Positions 13,270-26,501 of a DNA stretch of 64,000 nucleotides are shown here, piece by piece. The stretch covers positions 6,200,001-6,264,000 of the forward strand of contig OZ059898.1 of assembly GCA_964057225.1 (NCBI GenBank), read 5' to 3'. Source of the stretch: Auanema rhodensis (lineage: Eukaryota > Animalia > Nematoda). The position numbers and the translations under genes were made by a program. The first letter of the stretch is position 1. Each line of letters starts with the position of its first letter. The notes beneath the pieces were generated by a model. That model was not told where the DNA came from, made no database searches, and worked only from the letters and a program-made list of their open reading frames with translations.

Positions 13270-16261
13270 ATGAGGTTCGAAGATATCATAATTCCTAGTG
13301 TAAGTAAAATAAATACCAGAACCTAATTGGATCCCATTATTAAAAAACTGGGCTCTATCGATTTTGGAGTGGCATGGGCGTAAGGGGGGAATGTTTTACG
13401 TATTGGCTACTTTCTTCTTGAGCTTTTAGCGTTTTCTGCCTATATTTCGATAAAAGCAATTCTAAATATCTTTGAATATTTATTTTATTTCAAAAACTTA
13501 TTGTAAATTGTTAATTTTATACCTGGATATGGTTAAAATTCACTTATAATACTTATAAGTGTATATAAATTGATGATAATACTTTATAATAAGCATAACA
13601 TTTATTAGCATAATGACTAAAAAGGTATACGTTGTTTATATTTTTTGTTTATTCTTCTTTACATTCATTATTTAGGTGGAAAAAGTTCAGTTGGTAGATT
13701 GTTTAAGTAATGATGCCAATGTTACTGGTTCTTTGCATATAACTCCTTCTCATATTATATTCCGTTCTGATAGCGGATCTAGAGAAATTTGGGCATGTTT
13801 AAATTTCTTAAACAATTTTTAGTTAGATTATTATAGATTTCTACTGGTTTGATTGGGCTAGTAGAAAGAGGCTCTATTTCAGTAGCAGGATGTGCCTTAA
13901 CTATACGTTGCAAGCACTTCAGGGTTATTAAATTAAACATTTTTATCTTACTCTATGCTTTAGGTAATTAATCTTCTTATTCCAAGAGACAAAGCATGCC
14001 AAGATCTCTATGAAACATTAAAAAAAATTTCGGAAGTTGGTATGTAACATTGTTGTTATTGAGTGACAATATGTTATTTTTATATATTATAGTAAATGTA
14101 AAAGACTTACCTGCTTTCGATATACGCCAACCTCAAGTTAATAGTACAGGGTGGTCTAGACTCGATTTTGGAATTGAATTCTCTAGACAAGGGATAAGTG
14201 AAGAATGGAACGAAACTGATATTAACGAGAATTATGCAGTAAGTCTATATTATTGACGAAGAATTTTAATTTGCATACTAGATCTGTGATACTTATCCAA
14301 ACCGTCTTTGGATTCCTACTTTGGCAACCAAGAATATTCTTGAAGGCTCGAGTAAATTTCGATCAAGAGGAAGACTTCCAGTTCTAACTTACTTTTATAA
14401 ATCGTCAGGATCAGCTTTATGCCGGTAGCATACTATATCAATGTTTAATATAGCATATTGTTTATAGGTGTGCTCAACCACTTGCCGGATTTTCTGCTAG
14501 ATGTCTAGAAGATGAGAAATTAATGAATTTAGTTGGGAAAGCCAATTTAACAAATAACAACATTTGCTTAGTTGATACACGACCTCTGGTATGTGTTTTT
14601 AGTCAATAATATATGCAGTATAACAAAGTTCAGATGAATTCTTTTGTCAACAAAGTCCAAGGAAAAGGTTACGAAGATGTAAGAAATTACAATAATATGC
14701 AATTCAAATCGTTTGATATTGAAAATATACATGTCATGAGAAATAGTCAGCAAAAGCTATTAGACGGTAATATCTAATTCTGACTCCACTCTAAGTTAAA
14801 TATTTCAGCATGTTCTTCATCCAGAACATTGACCGAATATTTGAAAGGAATTGAATCGTCTGGTTGGCTAAAACATCTTAAAGCTATAGTTGATTGTTCC
14901 ATGTTTATTGCTCAGTCAATGCAGAGAGGTAAATACATATCTTAGATTCATTCGTATTTATGAAACACTGTTTACAGGCATTTCTTGTGTTGTACATTGC
15001 TCTGATGGTTGGGATCGCACAGCTCAAACGGTAGCTATGGCTCAGATTCTGCTTGATCCATTTTTCCGTACTATCCATGGCTTTCAAGTATATAAATTTA
15101 GAATTTATGCTTATTATCACTTCACACCCTTTAGGTTTTGATAGAGAAGGATTGGCTTGCCTTTGGACATAAGTTTGATGATAGATGTGGTCACGTTGGC
15201 GCTTTAAACGATGAAGCACCAAAAGAAGTTTCACCAATATTCACTCAATTTTTGGATTGTGTGTATCAAATAATGACGCAAAGGCCGAGAGCTTTCCAGG
15301 TTTTATATATGGTTCAAACTTATATTATATGTAATATCTAGTTTAACGAGAGATACCTCATTGTCATACACGAACATGTATATTCGTGTCAATACGGAAC
15401 ATTTCTTGGAAATTGTGAAAGTGATAGAAAGGTTAACTTAGCAAAAGTTCAAGTCTATGTAACTTTTATATTTAGGATCTTGGATTATCTAAAAGAACTA
15501 ATTCGCTTTGGACTGAGCTTGATACTAGACAAGACGATTTCTTAAATCCTTTCTATGAGGTTTCCCTTTATTGCTCTATTGTTTGTATATTTTGTTTTTC
15601 AGCCTTTTTCATTCACTGAACTAACAGATTTAGATACACGACCAGCAAACTTTTCAGTTTGGTCCTCCTTATATAATAGATTCGACCTTGCTGCTCAACC
15701 TAGAGAATGTTTTGCTGATTCTGTTTTAAATTCGATGGAACATGTAGGTGTATTGGAAAGCCATATAGCTGCTTTACGAATGGTTTCTTATCTAAATTTG
15801 TTCAGACATAATTCCCGCTATTTCAGAGAATAGCTGAGCTTAAAGGTCTGGGAACATCAATGATAGATAGTGGACTTAGTAGTAGTGAAGGAGCCGATGA
15901 CAAAGTTATACTGGAGAGCCCGTCCTCTAGAGAAAGCTTTTTCTCTGAGTTAGAGTTTGAATTACCAGTTTGGAGAATATTTTTCATACATTATTAATGC
16001 ATTTTTTAAGGAAGAGAGTCTTACTCATAGAGCTGTGCGTTGGCAACGCCTCAATGACGTACATAATTGCAATTCAGACCGTTGCCGCTCAGAGTTTTCT
16101 TCTTTTGTGGAGCGAAAGATTCATTGCCATAGATGTGGAAAGGTAGAAAATAGAACTATAAGGCTGAATCAAAATTTAAAATTCAGATATTTTGCCGACG
16201 TTGTGTTCAAATAACTCCTGATAGTCGTGAAAGAGTATGCCAGATCTGTTTGAAATCATAA
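13270..16261 (+). CDS. mtm-6: Myotubularin-related PI3P phosphatase (MTMR6/7/8 class) with C-terminal FYVE-like domain
   Basis: Spliced N-terminus [10 protein letters not shown]|VEKVQLVD, catalytic motif [23 protein letters not shown]-terminal [16 protein letters not shown]...RVCQIC, stop TAA at 16259-16261. Confidence 0.93.
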
Positions 16262-16760
16262 CTGTGTGTAGGCTGTAATATGAATATGACGGGTTTACGA
16301 ACTTACATTCTTGAATCTTACTTAAATAATACTTTTGCTTGTGGGGTCGCTAACTTATAAAATTAGTTTTTACGTGTTTTTTTTCCAATTTTTTTACTTG
16401 TACGTTTAATTTTTATATTTCTTTGTATTACAATATTAACAATTTGCTTGCGGTCAAATATGTTTGATTCTGAAACATAAACTTAATTTATTTTTCTATG
16501 ATTATTATACATCTGCTTTTCACCGAATGTATCAGAATGAAAAATGGGGGACACTCAACAGTAATATGTACAGAATGTTTGGAAAAGTGATCATAAAAAT
16601 TTGGAAAAATGAAAGCAATAAAGGGATGGTGAGGATGAATGCGAAGAAGTGAGAACAAAGGAATTTATGTTTCTAATAAGAATCAATCCTGATATGTATG
16701 AAGTAGATCCTAGGTCGAGCCCATAAGCGACAGTGAAAATATTAAAACCTTATAATGACA

Positions 16761-19700
16761 TCAACTGGATCGAGCTGAGTTTAATATGTATAAATGATTT
16801 TTCGAATCAACTAGACGATCATCTATCTGTAAAAATTAAATATAATCATTGCTAAGTGAATGGCTCAGTTTGATTACTATTATATAACTATTACTTACGT
16901 CTTTAACATCTCTAACAATATTGATCAATTTATCTTTATAACCTAACCAAGCTCTGTATTCTTCATCAGTTAGTATGCGAACCTAAAAGAAATATTATTA
17001 TTTCGCAGGGTTGGAACATGAGAATAACATAATTAATTATAAGAATGTCTCATACCAGCGCATAATCCATATCCCGTTCTCGACGATCGTAGATGTTACG
17101 TAAAACATTAGCGTCCTTCAAACGTCGACGCAGATGCGTTTCTTCCAGCAGGGCATCGGACTACAAAGGTTTTAGATGAAAGGGAGAAGGTGAGTAGAAG
17201 GTAATAATGAGAAACAAAGAAAGAAAGGATAAGAAACAGTGAAACAGGAGAAAATAACGAAGACTACTCACCTGGTCTGATGTTGCCGTACGCAGATGGT
17301 TGACGACCTTCTCCATCTGATATGCTAATTTCGTTTCCATTCGCACCAGCTCGACATTGTTTTCCAAATAGCGTCGTAACTGAAAATATAAGAAATGCAT
17401 GATTTGAAAATTGGAAAACAGAAATTTTGTGATAATACTTGCCTTGTTAGCTAATATTGGATCTTTACGCTCAATGGCTGCCAGAATTCGTTTACCCAGC
17501 TGGTCGTTTATCTCACGTTCTTCTTCAATTTCCTCTTTCGTTTCTTTGAATGTAGTAATTCGTCGTGAAACTTGTGATATGGACTTAAAAAATAAAAATA
17601 TATATATATACGATAAAGAAATTTTAAAAATATTAAAAAAAATTGTAAATGAATATAACCTGCAATACCTCTTGACGACGTTCTTCCAATTTTTGCATTT
17701 CTTGACAATTATCATGCGGAATTTTTTCGTATGCTTCTTGTAGTGATATAAGTGATGGAGATCCTATTAAATTCGATAAGAAAGCAGACGACGAAGTATT
17801 CGGAAAGGAAGATAAAGAGGACAGAGAAGTTGAACTGAAACAAAAATAGCATTTATATGACTTGGTTAAATGGAAATTAATATTAATTAGGTAACCATAG
17901 AACTGTTAAGAAATATGATAAAAACGCTCACCGGTTTAAATGATCGACAAGAAGACCTTTAGGTTTTGCGGGAACAACAGGCTTTTCTTTCCGAATTGGA
18001 GGTAGGTCTTCTTTGGATGAAGATCGTTCATCTGCTGGCATTGGATGAACCTACATACGGAATAAGTACAATTTTATTGAAATAGTCAACTTGTTTGAAA
18101 TAACGTATCGATAAAATGTTTAACTTGTGTCTTGTTTTTCTTAGAAGGAAAGTGTGAAAAATGGGATTAAAACTCAAAAACGATCGATCATATAAGCCTC
18201 TGATAAGTCATGAACAAATAGAAAATGAAATATCGAGGAAATAGTATGAGAGCTTTATAAGTTTGAATAAAATGCTTACTTGAACCGTAGGTTTAGTATG
18301 ACATTGGGAAGATAACGTAGAAGAGCTGGAAGAAGTAGAACATGACATTTCTAGAGAACTCATAGAGGAAGAAATCGATGTTCGAAGTCTGAAAAAAAGT
18401 TGAACAAATGACAATACAATAGATGAAATAACCACATTCATGAAAATTTAATGTTTCATATAATGAATCAACAAATAACAATGTTTTCAATGGCAAGTTA
18501 GTATTCTCTCGTCATCGCTTTTCAAATTTTCACTTCTTGCATGAATAAGATAAGAGAACACAGCGAACTTCAATAATTTTTTTAAAAAGATAAATGTTTC
18601 TTGCAAAAAAAATTGGAAATGTGAAGGGAATATGTGATATATACCTGGGTTGTGGTGGCTGAATATCAGGAAGTATAGATTGGTAAGCTCCAGAATCTAT
18701 TAAAGATCTGTAGGTGGACTCGTCAGACTGCATGCACGGCACTGGGGAATTGAAAGATTCCGATGGAGATACAGATGTACTAGATGAAGGTGGATTGGTG
18801 ATAGGTCGAGATGCTCCACTAAAATACATATTAGTAAAAACGAACAGGAAACAACGTAAAGAAAGTAAAAGAATGACTGCAGATCATAAAAGGGAAGCCA
18901 CAATTTGTTTGACCATAGTCTGTTTGCTATTCAAGAATCTTAAACAACTAACTTCTCATCTCTTCGTTGACGGATTTTTCGTTTCGCTCCGGATGGACTG
19001 CGATGAAGCATGACAGGCAGTTCAGAGATGAACTGCGGACGGAACGTCTGGAAAATAGGAAATGAATCGAAAAACTTAAAAAATGCTCTCTAGTTAAAAT
19101 ATGCTAAATAAAACGAAATGTATGATACATTACTCAAGAATGTTTTAGGGTATTAAAGATTTAAAAGATAAAATAATAAAGCACTGATTTAGCTTTAGAT
19201 TTAATTTTTTTGAAAACAAAAGCTTAAAACGATGATGTTTCTACTCAATCAATACATCTTCGATATTATAAAAAACGTGAATTTAATTGAAGTTTTGTAC
19301 TAATTTTTAAAAATTTTAAAGTTTATATAATTTGAACTAAAGCAATTGTGGAATAGAATTATATTAAAATCCATATTTCCTGGACATACAAAGAATTTAT
19401 GATGGGAAAGATCAATGTTAATGACAGCATACCATGAAAGTGTTATCATGATTTTCATCAGCTATCAGGATAACCTAATAGAATATGACAAGCTGTAGCT
19501 TTTTAATAAATAGAAATAATCATAATAAAATAAAAGCTTATAACATTTTTATCGTGAAACCGAAAATTCGATTGAAAACAGGGTGGGTACCAGAAAAAAA
19601 TTTAAAAAATGAAATTTTCAGAGTGAACGAGATAACAAGGAAAATATTATTTCACATATTGAAAGAATGAGACAAAGAAGGTCTCCTGGTTTTGTGACTC

Positions 19701-21718
19701 ATCGTTTCCTTTGAACAGAGGACAACAGTCAGCAGCCGACGCAGTCATGTATACACTATCTAAGGCCAGTTCAATCGATAATGCTCCAGTAGATTAATAG
19801 CTGTTCGTATGTAAGAAAAGATACAAAAATGAAAGAAATAGTCAGGATCACAACGAGCATTTTGGCTAGGTTTTCAAAACTTGTCTTAATGTTTCACTGC
19901 AAGTTGCTGAAAAACGATTTTTTTTCATATGGACGGTTCCAGCACCGTAATGAGTTTCAAATCATGGGAAACGATAGACTTAGAGGAAATATTCGAAATG
20001 AATTCCAATTGAAATCTCTTGTTAAAATTTTGAAATAGGCACTCGTATGAAACGATCCGATTCCAAAAAAAGTTGAATATAGCTTCTTGCGTATATCTCT
20101 GTGTCAATTCAAATACCTATGGTGACAGAACATACACGGTCATCCTGCTGACCAGAAGAAGAGACAGGTCCCAACCCAAAAAAAAAGAAAATAGAAATGA
20201 AAGAGAATCATCTCCAATTGAATTCAAAAAAATTTTAAAAATCTAAATAAAGGGAAGACCAGAATAGAGTGCTAACAGGCTGATATGCTCAACTTATTTT
20301 GAACAAAAATATAATATTTTCATGAAAGTAATAAGTAGAATGACAGTACTACTATGAAATATATATTAATAATGAAACAAAGTATTTTCAAATAATGAAA
20401 AATATGAATATGCTGTGAGAGGTTGAACGTAATTAAGAGAAAGGCATAAGGGTAAAAGGGTGTCACCTAAACTAAAAGAAGGGAGAAATGAGGGAATTGA
20501 GAAAGGTTAGAGGTACGAGGTATACAAAGAGAGAGAGAAAGAGAGAGGAAAAGAGGGTATGAGAGAAAGAGAGTAGATGTAGATAGACAGGTGGAGATTG
20601 TTTGTGGCTGGGTGGATAGATGACCATGAACAACATTCCATACAGACGCAAATACATACATTACGAAGACCAAATTCAAAGCAGGAGAGGCAGAGAGAGG
20701 AAGAGAAAAGGACAACCTAGAAAACACGAGGCAAGGAATGAGAGAACGACTTAATTGCCCTCTTCTTTCTTACTGACCGAAAAGAGAAAATTCTCATCTA
20801 TCGAAGATGGTATGATTTGCACTTGCTTTATTCCATAACAGTCGGATTTTATCTCCGTACCTCGTTCCTCTTGGAATTTTTCGTTGATATTAATCGTCAA
20901 TACCATTTATAATATGATAATCTTCTAGTCTACTCCCACTGAAGTATGTTAACTTTAGAGATATTATAACAGAAATAATTAAAACGTAAAAATATGACCT
21001 TTAGTTCAGTGCTCTGTAGGGATATTAAAAAGGATGAACGTAATCCATACTACTTTTCTGTTTTGTTGAAACAATTTTCTAACTAAATTTGTCCAATTGT
21101 AAGTTTGTATTAAGTTTTAAGGTGCGGAACAAGTGCTATCCGATATACAATATGTAGAGGACATTGTAATGACTATGGGAATTGACCTTCAGAAGTTCAT
21201 AAAAAATCTATCAGAGACATGATAATAATAGTCAAGCTTTCTCTCCGAATGCTCATATTTTATAAAGCCTTCTTCGGTAAAAAAATATCTCCTGGCTAGG
21301 AAACCTAAGAGGCTCTGAAGCTAAGAAAAGATGGGGATGATAATGTTGGCAGATCAAATAGGAATATAAGATCGATAAGGACACTAGACAGACATATAGT
21401 TGAGTTTGAGGTCAAACCGTTCGCATCTTATGCATCAGTGCATGGCTGTTTGACTGAATATAACAGGATTAGGTTAATGAAAAATAAAAGAAATTCATAG
21501 AAATATTAGAAAAGAAGGTAAAAATTAATTAATGAATTAGATGAATGAGTTTTCAATAAATTGAAGAAAGAAGATACACCTGAACAAGAATTCGAAGAAC
21601 AATTGAAGCTTACCGAAGTAGTGGTCATCAACTGGTTGTAGAACTTCTGACTGGCAGCTCTATTGTATTTAGCAGATAGAAGAGTGTCAGTGTCATAGTC
21701 CATGTCAGATGAGGACAT
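16761..21718 (-). CDS. Shroom-like protein with C-terminal ASD2/SD2 coiled-coil domain
   Basis: In-frame exons run from ATG 21718 (after TTTTCAG) through Ser/Pro-rich exons (PVVPAKP) to EEREINDQLGKRILAAI...RRLKDANVLRNIYDRRERDMDYAL|VRILTDEEYRAW...IDDRL. This matches the ASD2 pattern (EDAKELKENLDRRER...LSEEQL). Stop TGA at 16761-16763. Confidence 0.75.
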
Positions 21719-23820
21719 GCTGAAAAAAATAGCTAATATCTCCAAAATAGTCTTGAGAAAACAGCGATGAAACTACTTTTTTTAATTTCCTGTTTAAATC
21801 AAAACAGGTAAGTAAAAGTCTCTACATGAAAAAATTATGAGCACTGAGGGCGTACACTCATAAACAAATAGAATAATAATCAGGAAACAATAACAACGTT
21901 ACATATATGATGTGTAATATCAATTTGTTAATAGTCTTGGATTATTACCACTACGGATGGATAAGAGAAAAGAATACACTGATTGTTTTAGATATTAACA
22001 AACCTTTTCGTTAGATATGACTATGACCTAATAAGATGTATTGATTTAATAATTATTATCAACGACAGATGCATATATAAATGTTTAAACGTTATTGGTA
22101 TTAAGGCCAAAAAAGGTTACAAAAGGATTATAGTGTCAGACAACAGACTAATTTTAGTGTGTTTCTCTATAAATAAGGATTATTTCATAAGTGACCAGTT
22201 GGTTTAAAAACTGTAAAAAAAAATTATGAAGCGTATTCTTAGCCTAAAATGGGAACATCAACACAAGATGAAAAATTTGGGGGAATATGAGGAGAAAAGA
22301 AGTCAAATTGAAGAATAAGAAAAGAAAAGATAACCAGTATAGCTACCGAAGTGACCGGCATAGCACATCATAAAGGAAGAGAGAGGAAAAATGAAATAAT
22401 GAGATGAAGTGAGTGGGTGAGAGAGACAGGGAGAGAGAAGGGAAAGAAGTGAAAGTAGGTGGAGGGAGATTGGAGAGAAAGAATAACAAGAGGAGATGGG
22501 TAGTAGGATGAAGCATTGTGTTATTGTGCTCCGATTCGTTATGCCCTCTTCTCTACTTTCGACTATGTACTGTTCGGTTACGAACTAGCAATACAGATAG
22601 AAATAACAAAAAATACAGAGTGAGATAAAGAGAGAGAGAACTAGGGAGAGCTAGATAGGTGGAACGAGAGTGAGTAATGAAGAGAGAGAAATGTATAGTG
22701 ACTATCTTGCTTTCCTTCATATACATCTTCTTGTCCTCTCTATCATTGGAAACTCTTTGTGTCTCAACCTAGTCAACATTCTCTCATTGCACATCGCCGG
22801 CTACAATATTTGCGGTCAGCTGAACGAACCGGACTCTTCTTTTCACAATTTATGCTGTTCAGCTCTTCGACTACCAGGAAACTGATGAATAAAAAGATTA
22901 TAGGCAATGGGTGGTTTTCTCAATGAACAATACACATCCGAGTGAACATTGGAGAATCTCGAAAACCGAAAATCATAATGAAGAAGCTCAATCTTTAAAA
23001 ACTTTTCTCAATGAATATGCCATGCTTATGCAACTATGAAAACGAAAAAAAAAGAATTCTACAAGAAAAAGAATGCACTGCCGCAACGTCTCAAAACACG
23101 GAAAAAAATGAGGTAATGATAGGGAATTCTCGAAAAACATATGTTCATTGAGAAGCAACCCATAAAATATTTTTCTTAATTGTTACATCTTATACGAAAC
23201 ATTGAAGTTAAAGTTGTTCTGGATCAGTAAGTATTTAACTACTTATTTGGTGAGATTATGGTTTCACGACTTCTATTAAGTAGGAAGGATTACAGTATAA
23301 ATTGTTTGAATCGTGTTCTCATTTTCATATTATTAGTTGTCCTTATCTCCTTTTTTTAATAATTTATTTTTTGAGCGATAATATTTTACTGAATGTATCT
23401 TCCATACAATAACAATAATTTCTGAGCTAAATATTAATAATTTTCTAATAATAATTACTCTATGTATTTGAATTCAATTTGGCTTAGTTTACGCGTTCGT
23501 CTACTTCCATTGACTTACTTGTTCGACTTAACCAGATTGCCATAGCACTCCCATCTGTTCCGCGCTCTAACTCTACCGCTCATCCAATACTAACGAGCTT
23601 TTCCAGTCAATAGCCATTAGCTGACTAGTAACCTTATTTACTTGTCCGCATTCATTTATTTTCTTACTTAAATAATAATTTATCACAAAATAATAATACT
23701 CATTAGTTTATGTATTACATGCTTTCTTTGCTTTGTTCTCCTATTCAATACATTGGTGCAATATAACACTAAGAATCAATACTAACTTGTTCCAGGGCGA
23801 CACTTATTGATGGGTTTGTA

Positions 23821-26234
23821 ATGCTTGCTATTAGATTATTTCAGCCAAAACTTTTATTTAAATCTTTTATTGCTAAAGCGAAACCTGTTTCATTTTCAAG
23901 TCAAAGGTGAGATAAAATTAATTATTCTGTTTACAAGCTCGTTAAGCAGAAGTACATTAGCTGTAACATTCGCAGCAACTACATATGGTTTCTTAAAAAC
24001 TAGAAAAGCATTCTGCAATAGCTCTAACAATCCGTGGCTACTTGTTCCAGTTGTATTTTTTTTTCTCATTTCAATATATTTATTCTTTGATATTTTAGGT
24101 TCCAAATATATCGGAGTCTCAAACATGTGCTCGATTTTTGTTTAGCTCCCCTGTACATATATTTCATCGTTTAATTGGAGTAGTGCGAATGTTTATGAGG
24201 TTTATTTCATTTCTCATTTATATTATTTTATTTTATTAAGATGTACAGCTTTGATTCTACTATATGCACCAGTCGTATTAACATATCCTCTTGCCATATT
24301 TGTGCCTGGAATTGATAATGTTTGGTGGTCTTTCTTACTCTTTGCATTACGGGTTTGCTTTTTTTGCTTTGTTCTCATATGCTTTAACTTTTAGACAAGT
24401 GGCCCAACATTTTTGAAGCTTGGTCAATGGGCTAGCACTAGGAGAGATATTTTTACAAAGGAGTTCTGTGATAGAGTAAAATTTTCGTTTTTTAAATTGA
24501 TAATAGTTTACTTTAGCTATCTGTTTTACATACTAAATCAAAAAAACAACGATTATTCCGAGAAAAAGAAAGAGTTTTTGATCAATTGTTTGGAAAGGGA
24601 TTCTTTAATAAACATGGCAAGCGTGTTATTACTCACGTTGAACCTTATTCAGTCGGATCAGGCTGTATTGCCCAAGTAAAAACTTATTTAAATAAAAAAC
24701 AAATTTCACGTATGGTTATAGGTTTTCAAAGCTACTATTGATTTAGAAGAATTAACTAAATGCACAGGAACAGAAATTCCTGAGTTGAAACATAAGAAGT
24801 TTGTAGATATAGCTATAAAGGTAGGTTCTATATTTCGAGTTTTATATATTATTCATGTGTTATATATTATTCAAAATTTGTATTTTTTTTTCAGGTTGCA
24901 GATCCGTCTACTGACTCTCTAATAGAATTAGATTTATCAATATTAAAAACTATTGCACGAACTACACAAATGGTTTGCTCTTATTATTTTTAACATCACA
25001 ATTCATAAACTATTTCAGTTAATGCCTTCATTAGAGTATGTTGATCCCGTTGGAGCATTGCAACAATTTGAAATGGTTCTAAGAAAGCAAGTTGATTTAA
25101 GAAATGAAGCAAAAGCTTTGATTGTTAGTCTAAGAATAATTTGCAAATAATTTTTACTATTTTTATAGAAATTCGCATCGAATTTTGATCATGAGAAAAC
25201 TGGTATTCGGTTTCCTGTTGTAATAGCTTATAATAAGGACATCATAGCTGAATCGTTTGAAGAAGGAATGTATATTAACCGATTGGTGGCCGAAGAAAGT
25301 GATCCTGGGGTTTTGAATTATAGCTATGATATATTAAGTTTATTGAATCTTTTAGTTGCAATCGAAACAATCTAATGCTGTTCGCCGTAGAATAGCTCAA
25401 CTAGGAGCTAGAGCTCTTTTAAAAATGATTTTTGTAGATAATTTTGTGCATGGAGATTTACATCCCGGTAATATTCTTATTAGGTATTTGTATTTATTTG
25501 AACATCTTGTATATATATATATATATATGTTTATAGGTTTAATGATCAAGAAGAAACTTTACCAGGAGTTCATATTGCTCCACCATCAGACAGTCCATTA
25601 AAGCGTTTGTTTGATTACTTGCGTAATACTGTTGGATGGCGTGCTGCTGCTAAAGTGAAGTTCACAGATTCGCCTTATGTTCAAGATGAGCCAACTCTAG
25701 TTCTATTAGATACAGGCAGGGATGAATTATGAATTACAGTAATATTATATTGATTTAGGAATTGCAATATCAGAGACGGAAGAAATGCTTCATAATTTAA
25801 AAACACTGTTTCGTGCTATCGTAGAAAAGAGGGTACAATTTATTAATTATATTTTCAATAATAATTGTTTATACACTTAAGGGCTACGAAGCAGGACATA
25901 TGCTATTAAGCAGGTCTCATAAGCAATCCTGTAAAGACCCAGATAGGTTTTGTAAAGAAGTTGAAGTTTTAGTAAACAAGGCTATGAGTGAACGTTCGTT
26001 AAGAAAGGTTTGTTATAAATTCAGATAAATAATAACAGTTTTTTATAGTTGAATATATCGGCTGTTTTATCAGAAATGTTTTCTATTGTGGCTGAACATA
26101 AAGTTGCTCTCGACGCCTCTTTCACAACGGTTATTCTTTCTGTTATGGTTCTAGAAGGATTTGGAAGATCATTGGATCCTGATCTAGATTTATTCCAGTG
26201 TGCTAGGCCTTATTTGCTCAATGTGATATTTTAA
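23821..26234 (+). CDS. AarF/UbiB (ABC1) atypical kinase, ADCK2-like, with mitochondrial-type presequence
   Basis: Motifs GPTFLKLGQWASTRRDIF, VGSGCIAQV, IAIKV, QVDLRNEA, NFVHGDLHPGNIL, LLDTG and VLEGFGRSLDPDLDL. Basic amphipathic N-terminus MLAIRLFQPKLLFKSF. Confidence 0.88.
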
Positions 26235-26501
26235 ATTACAAAAAAAGACATTATATTATCTTATTTGTTGACAATTTACGGTTGATATTCCTTAATTATC
26301 TGATACGAGCATGAATGTTGTAGAGCTTATGAATATATGTATCAGCTTTGTGGTGACCATGTGTACACTCTCACACTTCTCTTTTTTTGTACTTTTGGAT
26401 ATGTGAGAATAGTCAGACTATGTTGTTTAGTTGCATGAGTGTGGTTTGGTGCGTTTTCATATTTGTAGATAAATAATCGTTCGTTTATTTAGATTTAGAA
26501 A

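Noticed and set aside
23907-23937. Possible 31-nt micro-intron in the ADCK gene
   Set aside because: An in-frame CAG 12 nt downstream gives a typical 43-nt intron.
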